A stretch of DNA of 59,571 nt, filler included, from Catajapyx aquilonaris (lineage: Eukaryota): assembly GCA_000934665.2 (NCBI GenBank). It is 2 parts of 2 records of this genome, joined end to end, with 100 filler letters (N's around TTAATTAATTAA, not from the genome) between each part and the next. Parts side by side here need not be neighbours in the genome. Positions count along the whole stretch, not along the records: positions 29,763 to 59,571 come from JYFJ02004757.1; 1 more part is not named here. The stretch is one strand, 5' to 3'. The notes beneath the pieces were generated by a model. That model ran no database searches, was not told the DNA's origin, and saw only the letters and a list, made by a program, of their open reading frames with translations. The position numbers were made by a program, and so were the translations under genes. This document shows, piece by piece, positions 50,961 through 59,571 of this stretch (position 1 is the first letter of the stretch; the number at the start of each line of letters is the position of its first letter).

Positions 50961-51362
50961 TCAATAGGTGTTCACATAGTTGTCAGTCCTCATAAGGCAC
51001 AAGCCTCCTCCCTTGTCACTCTGCTTGATAATCACTTGGGTGGGTAATTTGTCACTCGCCCACGTCACGGCCTTTTTGGTGATTCTGTCCATTTCTGGGG
51101 GGAGCCTATCACATGTCACTTTTTTGTGGAGCTCATCTCTAAGCGCCTTGATCGCAGCCTCTTCTCTGTTACACCCGGTGGGAAACTTTGTCGCGTATCC
51201 CTTTTTTGGCCATTGCATTTTTAAAATTTTTTTTTTTTTTGAGGGTCTAGCTGCACCTGTGGGGGGTTCACTGACAATGTCTTTGATCCAATAGTGCGTC
51301 AGGTATTCCACCGCTTTATCCACTTCCTGTACCGTAGCTTGGTGTGCTGTATTTCGGTGCAT
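50961..51362 (-). pseudogene. Penelope-like retroelement fragment upstream of the RT core
   Basis: VIIKQSDKGGGLCLMRTDNY (ADKG motif). Confidence 0.7.
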
Positions 51363-51496
51363 AGAAATGGAGCACTATACACGATGAGCCTAATTTTTGT
51401 CGTTTGGGTTGTGGCGCTACTCAGGGTAACCTTGAACAGGTCCTTTCGTGTCAAATATTTAAATGCACATTGCTTGTCAAGACTGCCGGCACCCTT

Positions 51497-51985
51497 TTAG
51501 TGCTTATTAGATACCCAGTCTTGGCATAGACCCAGTTGCATTTGATGCCTCTTTGCCAGTGTCAAACAAACATTTCTTATATTTCTGAAGGGGGCCATAA
51601 CATTCTTAAAATACCCATACTTATTAGACTCAAAGCGCATAGTCCAACATTGACACAATGGCCCAAAACGCCAAATCAATTCCTGGTAGTGGGTCAAGTA
51701 ATGAAACTTTGGTGAACGAATCACACGCATGGACGTGGCTATACTACTACAAAACAAATTTAAATGATATATTTCATATTTGCAATGGACTCGTATCAAT
51801 ATCAACCACTTCCTAAAACAATATAATGAAGCTGCAGTACTACTTTGAGTGAAGTGTGTTTTCATAATGAGAGGTACAAAACGGAGGAGACACCACATTG
51901 GACTGAATGATTGTTTTACTTTTACAACTGCACTATTGTATTCTGCTCCAGACGGCTTGTTGGCAGCATCAGTCGGGTCATACAT
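51497..51985 (-). pseudogene. CACTA/EnSpm-like transposase fragment
   Basis: PKFHYLTHY..LI.RFGPL...WTMRFES...YFK.....RN...TLAKRHQ. Confidence 0.85.
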
Positions 51986-52232
51986 TGAATTTAGTGGTGC
52001 TTAAGGCCTTAGTACGTTACTTTCATGATGAATTTACGTTACAAATTTGAAATGTTACACGTGAACTTGACAATAATCTATCTGAACAGTTTACCAGCCT
52101 GAAATGTGCCCACCAGTTTCCATTGGGGAACCACGTGATTTTATTTTATCGAAGCCGGCCGCTGCTCCAACAGGCGAAGGGGCTGCAGGTTCCAGTGTAA
52201 GCCACCTTCAGTTTGTGTGCTTGATGAAAGAG

Positions 52233-52461
52233 TGTGAAGGTGAAACGACGTTGGCTCGTCGTCGGTACTGGCTACTCAAATAGATACACCGTAGGTTCTG
52301 TTAAAGCACACCAGGTTTATTGAACTCCGTCCCAGAGGACTGGAATACAACTGTTGGAATCCGTGTAAAGGGCAGGAGCAGAAGGCTCCTTCTTGGGGGC
52401 CCACCCCCCAGGGGGGAGAAGAACTGGGTCAGCCCAAACCCCTGGTGAGTGGGACGTCACA
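52233..52461 (-). mobile_element. Gypsy-like LTR preceded by a polypurine tract
   Basis: Minus strand: G-run+ATA|TGTGACG...AATAAA...TTCACA; TGTGA/TCACA inverted termini. Confidence 0.7.
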
Positions 52462-52899
52462 TATCCCCCCCCCCCATTTTAAAAAACAAGTAGCATATGG
52501 TTTGCATATATGTATAGAAAAAAAAGTAACAATTCACTTCGACATTCAACCCTTGTGGCGGGGGTTAGGTGGTTGGGGGGGGGGGGGAGGAGAACGATTT
52601 CGTTTGTCCAACTGGTCCAAGTGACGGTAACCTGTCGTGTCGGTCCCGAAGGCACAGCTGGTCAGCCAACATCACTCCTGATGTCCACGTTGCTGTGGAT
52701 TAAGTGAGATCCGTACAATTTGCTCCTCGAGTACGTCCAGCAGGGCAAGTTGTATGACCTTTTTGGCCTTAAAGTGTAGATCTGCATACTTTATTGCTTT
52801 ATTGCTGGGACCGTAAATGTCATCGCTCGCAGCTCCGGACCTGCTGGAGGACTCCACCCAGCCCTTCTCCCGCATGTACACAGTCCGCAGAGACGTCCA

Positions 52900-53345
52900 C
52901 TTCAGCCGTACTTCATTGGCGGAAGTGCCTGGCCTGGCCGGATAAACTCCATCAAGGGAGACGAGAGGTACGTGAGGAAACAGTTGATACCCGCCTTGGG
53001 GCTGGCGTATCCCGTGACGATGGGCCTGATTGCAAAGACCCTGGGGGAAGGGCGGACCTTATGGGTTTTGGGAAGGCCATACAATTTGGTTCAGCCCAAG
53101 TTGAGCATATCATAAAGGATTTGCTATACCTTCCCGTCGATATGGCCCCCCGCAAACAGCTTGAAAGCCACCTTGGAGACCCGTTCCCGGATCCGCGAAG
53201 TCATTTCCCCCCAAACTCTGCCCCCCTCTTGGTCCTCATAACCCACAAACTGGTAGCTCGGGCCGGACACATGTCGCATCATGGCGGCCATGTAATCAGA
53301 GGTATGAAGCAGAGTGAGGCCACCTCCCTTATCAGAGGCCTTGAC
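52900..53345 (-). pseudogene. Penelope-like RT fragment
   Basis: KASDKGG; LYGLPKTHK...IRPIVTG..SP. Confidence 0.85.
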
Positions 53346-53439
53346 TTTGTTTAATTTCCAAGCTGTTATTATTGAATATTTTGCTGGATATTAACATTAA
53401 TAAAGATATAAAAATCACAATTGACCGTGACGAGATCCG

Positions 53440-54150
53440 GAATCCTGGCTTGGAGCCACTTGGTGGCAACCCACGTTCTCTCATCCACCAAGGGCCTGCT
53501 TGGTCCCCGCAGGTTCACCCGGTGAAGGTCCTCACGAACCGCAGCCAGAATGGTCTGTTCCAGCTGGCGGCCGGGAAAAGGGAGTGGGCCCGTCGGGCGG
53601 GAGTCAGTCTTGGCCTACCCAGGCTCCTTCTGAGGCGCAGCCGGGGCAGGAGATCTCCCAGAGGCCAGAGTAAGTTTGACCATGGATATCCTCCACCGCG
53701 CGGTCTACATCCGCCTCCCATGCACAACCGACCGGGATATGCTTTGGGCCGAGGCTAAGATACCACAAGACCTCCTCAGGAATGTCCAGACAGGTCAAGT
53801 TTTCCGCAGCCTCATACCTCTGCGTCCATAAAGTCCTCCTACAACGCAAGGGCGGAACCGCTGCTCCTGAGGTGACCAAACGGACCAGGTCGGGCAGCGA
53901 CGGCAGCCGAAGAAGCTTGTGACTGGGAGCGGCAAGACCCGCCAGGAGGATGGGTAAGTCCTCGACGAGAGGCATACCCCCTAGCAGGCCCGCCCACACT
54001 AGCAATATCTGCCAGTGCCTGGGCGCGCGCCTGCAAATTATTGCAAGTGTCATAAGTAGGACGAACTGTCAAGAAATGCACAAGGAACACTTACCGCTGC
54101 ACGAACTCCAAGGTTGTTGTAGCTCGTGCTGGGTACTCATAGCCAAAAAC
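53440..54150 (-). pseudogene. Penelope-like N-terminal fragment
   Basis: NLTCLDIPEEVLWYLSLGPKHIP (NLS...LSLGPKF-type motif). Confidence 0.65.
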
Positions 54151-54399
54151 ATAATATGAACACATCAGCACAAGAATGGCATCTGTGTAGTGGAGCAGTC
54201 CTGTCGTCACTTTTCGGTCCATGACCAGGAAGCATCAACTGCCATCATATGCACAGTGTCCTGAGGAGTAAAGACAGCTGAATACTGGAATGACACTAAT
54301 GATACTAAATTTCTCCCCTTTCTACAAATGAGCCAATATTAAATGGGACAACATACTAAGTGTTTACATGATTTTCCCAAATTCATCAATGACAATCCT

Positions 54400-55201
54400 C
54401 GCTTCGTCTCCAGCACTGCCTCCTTCCTCTCCTCGTCCCACCGGTACCACCTCCCGTCCGCCATCAGCCTGTCAACCTTCACCGTGCAGAGGGTGCCAGA
54501 TGCCCGCCACTCCTTCAATGGCCAACCCGGAACAGCTCCCTCCGCACAGCCCTGGTTGCCACACTAAAGTCCTCGTCCACGTAGACCTGGCTGCCCCTCA
54601 GCTTCCCATTCTCCCGCAGCATCGCCTCCCTCTCCTTCCCACTGTCGAACCTGACGACTATTTTTCTCTCCTTCCCCGGTTGCTTAGGCCCAACCCTCTG
54701 CGCCCTGGAGATGGCTCTGAGCTTCAGGCCCATCTTCGACTGGGCCATCTCCTTCAGCTTCTCCTCCGTGCGGGCCCAATCTTCCCCCTCCTCCTCCGGG
54801 ATCCCCGTCACCACCAAGTTGTTCCTCCTGCTGCGGTCCTCCAACTCATTCACTTTCTTGGCGGTGGCCTCCCTCTCCCTACGCATCTCCTCCGCCTCCT
54901 TCCTCAGCTGCCTCGCCTCCTTTTCCAGCTCGGTCGTCTTCCCAGTCCACTTCTGCTCCATCTCGTTCACCTTCTCCTTCACCTCTCGCACCTTTCTCGC
55001 CAGCCGCTTTTCTATCTTCCCCAGCTCTCCCGTCACATCCCGCAGCATCCTCATCACCTTTGCCATGTTGGCATGTTGGCTTCCCCCTTCTTTCCTGGGT
55101 AAAACTCGGCTATCCGGGGCTGCCCCCACCCCCGGACTTCCTCCAGCTACCTGGTGCCCTTGCCCCTCCTCCTGCCCTCCCTCAGCGCTCTTCCTTCCCA
55201 T
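54400..55201 (-). pseudogene. LINE ORF1-like protein (coiled coil plus RRM; L1/CR1/L2 type)
   Basis: LEDRSRRNNLVVTGIPE, AQRVG, RKIVVRF, KLRGSQVYVDEDFS. Confidence 0.85.
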
Positions 55202-55489
55202 CCTTCTTCCCCTTCAACCTTCTCTCCCTCCGGAGCTGACGCACCACTCAACTCGCTTTTCTGGCCCTCTAGCGGCCACCCCGAAGGTGTTGACACTTTT
55301 GGATGATTTTTACGCTGCTTCTTCACCTTGTGTGAAGTGGCACCACCGCACCAGCAGGCCCCCCAGTCCCCGCAGCTGAATCATCAGGGGAACTCTTCCC
55401 TGGCTGGATGGATGATGGATCTAGAGCGTGATCTTAGAGCGTGGTAGAACTTGAACTACATAGCCGCAACCTTCTGCTTTGTTTAATAA

Positions 55490-55840
55490 GGGGTGGAGTT
55501 TCTGGCCAGCCCTTTTCGGCAAACATCACACGTGTAATTTTTTTTTTCATTAGTGTGTGTTTTCATATGTTGTGCCAGGTGACTGCTGCTTGGCTGAACC
55601 ATTCCTTACATACAGCGGTACATTGAAACCACTTCTCGCCGTTGTGAGTTATTTTCATGTGCGCATTCACATCCGACGAGTGCCGGAACTTCTTGTCGCA
55701 CGTGGGGCAATCGAATGGCTTCTCCCCATGTGCCTTTTGAGGGTGGAGTTTCTGGCCAACCTTTTTTGGTAAACGTCACACGTGTAATTTTTTTCATTCG
55801 TCTGTGTTTTCATGTGTTGTGCCAGGTGACTGCTGCTTAT
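55490..55840 (-). pseudogene. Two degenerate C2H2 zinc-finger fragments
   Basis: HLAQHMKTHTNEKKNYTCDVC and HLAQHMKTQTNEKNYTCDVYQKRLARNSTLKRHM. Confidence 0.75.
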
Positions 55841-56833
55841 GAGCTGCCTTTCGAGGAGGAGTCTAGGAGCTCTTTCATGGACTTGCACGCCCTGGCTTAT
55901 GGATTGACCAATGCGATGTGTCCGCTGGCCTTCGATTCATCGAAGTTTTACTGTATGTTGAAACTAACCTTCTGCAACTCCTTTTCTCCTTTTTCCAGAG
56001 GGGGGCAGAGTAGCGGTGTCTTTTTTTGCACTTTCCTGAATAAAAACAATACATATTTCGGTAGAACGCAATTAGGAAAACACTGTATTTACATTTATAG
56101 TAGCTCCTTCAAAGTGCAAAAATGAAGCTTAAAAGAGTGAAACATATTGTGATATAGCTCGAAAATACTAATTTAGGCTCGAAAATAGAGAGAGGAAAGT
56201 GGCCACCATGACACGAAAATGAGTTGTTTTCCGCTCCAAAAAAAAAGAGCGAAATGTGGCCACTCTTTTGAAAGAGCTAAAACCGCAAGGCAAAAATTAA
56301 TGTTCAAAAGAGCGAAATTTCGACTCGATTCGAGCGAAAAGCGGGCTTTTCAATTTAGATACAGCATCATCACGCATATGTGCCAAAAGTATTTGGAATT
56401 CTTCCTGTGCAGGAGAGAACACATCAGCAGTCTACTCTGAGCTCTAATATGCCGCATATTGTTTTCACTTCAGTAAATATCATGTTTTTGGGGGTAACAT
56501 GCAGACTAGAGAGAGGAAGAACCGCACGATAGCCAGACATCCACGGACAGGTGTATAATCCCCCTGGCGCCTTAGAGATTAGCTGATAAGCCCCTAATTA
56601 GCGACAGGTGGATAATCCTTTGACATGCCGCCCAATTAGTATGTCGCGTGTCAGACACGTATGAACCTACTCGTAGACGTGGTGCACCGGCGGTATGTCG
56701 TGTGCCGTGCACTTGTTATGTCGCACACCTAACCTATACGTTCCCCCGCCAGACAGGTGTCGTACGCGTGTCACACCTGTTTCGCTGCTGCACCGCCCGG
56801 CCGCGTTGCCGAGTTGCAGGTGTCGTACGCGTG

Positions 56834-59446
56834 TCATGTCGATCGAGCTCCGCCATCTAGAGACCATGCAGAGACCTCCCTCTGCATGGTTTGCTGATAC
56901 CGAACATCCATGGTTGAAGTCGGATCCTCTTTCAACGCCACCCTCCTATTAGAGAAGCATGTTGGACATCCATGCCAGTAACAACCGTAAAATTCGTATA
57001 CATGTACGACGTCACCATCCTGATAAAATCCGTCTACCTTGTATCTCCCCATCCTTCCCTCGGTCCCATTCCCCTGGAATCTTAATTCACTTTTCTCACC
57101 GGGTTGGCTTGTATTGGTTGTCAACGAGTGCCTTTTAGATTGAATGAGAAGATGGTCCTGCCAGTGTAACCATTTCAAAGCTATACCCGACTGTTTATCT
57201 CGTCTATACCCACCTGCCGGAATTACCCCGATAGTGTCTTTTGTCATCATGTTGCGCCTGTATGTCAGGTGACACGCTTGCGGAAGAGTAATAGCCTCGA
57301 CCAAGGGATCGATTCCGTTCTCTGTCAGAAATATTTCCCTGAATCGAAGACAAGCAGTTTTCAAAATGGTTACATCTGAAATGCAATAGGCAATCAATTG
57401 ATCCTTCAGTTTAAAACCGGAATCGCCCAGTTTTTCCTTTTCAGTAGCATGCCATGACATAAACCTCTCCCTCTCTTCAGCACCCATACCATCAGGGTCA
57501 TAATAAGACACTTCGGGCAGACTGCCTTCATACTCCTGATTATCAGACCTGTTTGTTAGATATGGAAAGTAACCCTTTTTCATCTCAGTAAAGCCAAAAA
57601 CTTTAGGGAGTTCCGCTAGTGGCATGGGGAGGAAATTGGCACTGTCCTTGTAAGTAATGTTGCCATCTGTCATGTAAGTCACTTTGAGTCCATTAGCTAT
57701 AATTGATGGTTCCCGGCCATGCACTTCAACTAGTTGCTTTAAAATAAACTGCCCGTCAAACCCTTTGAGATTATGTGCAATCACCACGACTTCCTTAACA
57801 TGACGCATCCCTCTCACGTACTCAACAAAGGATTGTAGTGCTGAAGAGCCGTAGAATATATTCTCCCGCACTCCGCACATGTGACACCAGCGCATATCTA
57901 TCGCCTCTATACAGTTAGAGCAAACCTGTTGTGAAACTATTAAGTTTACCTCGTGAACCCATGTGTTTTCGAGGTCAGGGTGATTTCGGTCCTGCGTGGT
58001 CTCGATATCAAAAAATATATATACGAAATCAGCCGCTTTTTTCTCTACTTTTCGCTTCTTAGACTGAGGCGCCTCTACTCTCTGCAGATGCTTCGGCAAG
58101 TATTTCTCTAGGTAGTCGGGCGTAGTGTATGGCTGTATGTAACATTGATGACCACGTATTACCATCTTTTTACATGCCTTGCAGTACCTCTCACCACACA
58201 CATGTTTAGCTTTGGAACCTCTCTTTCGCAAGTTTACTAGTGAAGAACATTTTTTGCAGTAGAATAGCGACTCACACACAGATGGAGATGTAGCGCTAGC
58301 CCTAATGTGACGATCAAAGCACTCTTTCCCGTGAAAATCCCTCGCACAAGTTTTACAGTAGATTTTGACAGAGGTACTACCAGAACAACTAGGAGAATTT
58401 TGACAGGCCATGCAAAAACCTTCACAAAAATGCTTTTTCTCTGACGCCTTCATGCATGATTCACAAAAGTACTTGCACAGGAGCAAAGATGCACCGGAGA
58501 AACATGGGCAGTAATGGTGTTCATCTCTAGACCAGTATAGATATAGGTTAATTCTCGGATGCTCCACACTCGACTCTGGGCCCATATAAACAAACTCATC
58601 GGTTTCGTCACAGAATACACATATCCTGTAACCCTGGAGGTGATTTTGATACAACCGTACCTCTTCGAGACTACACCCACCCGCAGGAATCTCCACATGT
58701 GCTTCCAAAGTTAATTTCTCCGCCGCCCTCGTCTGCTCACCATTGCTGCTACGAAACTTTTTGAACTCTCCCAGGGACATAAGATTTGCCTTGCGCTGTG
58801 CATTGGCTATGTCCAGGGCAAGTGCCCGGGGTAAGCAGAGATTATCATCGTTTTCAATGTAGATAAAAGACTTTTGGACCCGACACCTCTCCTCAAACTC
58901 CATATTCCTAAATACTAGGTACTTATCACGTCCAGACCCAGACATTGCTGAAATATGTATGACATTAATGTGCAAAACCCCGCCACTTGGAGCAATTACA
59001 TCAGAACCTCTCTGTGACTGTGCTGCAGATTCAACCTGCAGGAGTATCGCATTGGTGTCAAGCTGAGAGGCCCTTCTCGGATGAATGAATACAGTGTCGT
59101 CCCCTGATCCCCCTCCGCGTGTCAACTCTAACTGTATCATGTCCCTATCGCCAATATTACCCCGTGACCTTATATAAACAAGTATGTCATCAAGCACAGA
59201 CCTCAACCATTCAAGAAAGGGGGTGTTCTCGGGGGCGGGGTCAATCCTGAGTGATATTTCCATTGCACTGGTGTTGAGCCTCCTTAAATAGATGGTCTTT
59301 TCACCTACTAACCTGAACACTCTACTACTATCAAGTGATCGGGAGGGTGACAACCTGGAAGAAACTTGAGAATCAGTGATGGGGGTGCTGTCTGGAGTGG
59401 GCGGGATAGGAATCAGTTTCCTCTTTTTTGATGGGTGTGTTTTCAA
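56834..59446 (-). CDS. Polinton/Maverick protein-primed family B DNA polymerase, C-terminally truncated (OTU-like, Cys-rich, 3'-5' exonuclease and VSR-like domains)
   Basis: NDDNLCLPRAL..HY; CxxC arrays; Exo I FFDIET, Exo II AHNLKGFDG, KKGYFPY, Exo III YCISDV; YKVDGF..YEFYGCYWHGC. No DxxSLYP, KxxxNSxYG or YxDTDS palm motifs. Confidence 0.92.
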   Translation of the reverse strand: MKTHPSKKRKLIPIPPTPDSTPITDSQVSSRLSPSRSLDSSRVFRLVGEKTIYLRRLNTSAMEISLRIDPAPENTPFLEWLRSVLDDILVYIRSRGNIGDRDMIQLELTRGGGSGDDTVFIHPRRASQLDTNAILLQVESAAQSQRGSDVIAPSGGVLHINVIHISAMSGSGRDKYLVFRNMEFEERCRVQKSFIYIENDDNLCLPRALALDIANAQRKANLMSLGEFKKFRSSNGEQTRAAEKLTLEAHVEIPAGGCSLEEVRLYQNHLQGYRICVFCDETDEFVYMGPESSVEHPRINLYLYWSRDEHHYCPCFSGASLLLCKYFCESCMKASEKKHFCEGFCMACQNSPSCSGSTSVKIYCKTCARDFHGKECFDRHIRASATSPSVCESLFYCKKCSSLVNLRKRGSKAKHVCGERYCKACKKMVIRGHQCYIQPYTTPDYLEKYLPKHLQRVEAPQSKKRKVEKKAADFVYIFFDIETTQDRNHPDLENTWVHEVNLIVSQQVCSNCIEAIDMRWCHMCGVRENIFYGSSALQSFVEYVRGMRHVKEVVVIAHNLKGFDGQFILKQLVEVHGREPSIIANGLKVTYMTDGNITYKDSANFLPMPLAELPKVFGFTEMKKGYFPYLTNRSDNQEYEGSLPEVSYYDPDGMGAEERERFMSWHATEKEKLGDSGFKLKDQLIAYCISDVTILKTACLRFREIFLTENGIDPLVEAITLPQACHLTYRRNMMTKDTIGVIPAGGYRRDKQSGIALKWLHWQDHLLIQSKRHSLTTNTSQPGEKSELRFQGNGTEGRMGRYKVDGFYQDGDVVHVYEFYGCYWHGCPTCFSNRRVALKEDPTSTMDVRYQQTMQREVSAWSLDGGARST

Positions 59447-59571
59447 CAGGGGACTTGACGGGTTGAATCGGAGAATCAGGGCGGTTTTCCACAGTCGGCC
59501 TGTATTTGCGCTTTTTCAAAGGTAAAGAACTATTAGTAGTGATGGAGGTGGTGGGGGCGGGAGTCGCAGGT

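Larger units (their letters stand above)
29763..59571 (+). other. Candidate uni-strand piRNA cluster (antisense TE/virus fragment patchwork); putative precursor on the + strand
   Basis: About 30 abutting fragments from at least 10 superfamilies; every recognisable coding fragment is on the minus strand. Function is inferred. Confidence 0.65.

Noticed and set aside
54368..55379. Long + strand ORFs (244 aa and 222 aa)
   Set aside because: Antisense shadows of the purine-rich LINE ORF1 on the minus strand.

Overview
Eukaryotic, intron-containing genomic DNA from an animal. The SINE types suggest an arthropod, probably an insect (inference). An artificial 100-nt gap linker (N44-TTAATTAATTAA-N44, 29663-29762) splits the window into two very different halves. 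The left half is ordinary host DNA: three N-terminal coding exons of RMI1 on the minus strand, plus SINEs, MITEs and nested mariner/hAT relics. The right half (29763-59571) is a dense patchwork of about 30 short (mostly 0.1-0.8 kb) fragments from at least ten unrelated mobile-element superfamilies: Gypsy, CACTA/EnSpm-like, Transib, several hAT types, Tc1, pogo, Sola2-like, Harbinger, Utopia/NeSL-like, Penelope and LINE ORF1. It also holds C2H2 zinc-finger pieces and a 2.5-kb truncated Polinton/Maverick DNA polymerase. Every fragment whose coding direction I could read lies on the minus strand. This architecture fits a uni-strand, flamenco-like piRNA cluster (an antisense archive of transposon and virus sequence) transcribed from the + strand, and it is the main finding. 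Family calls come from motif recognition by eye, and fragment boundaries in the right half are approximate.
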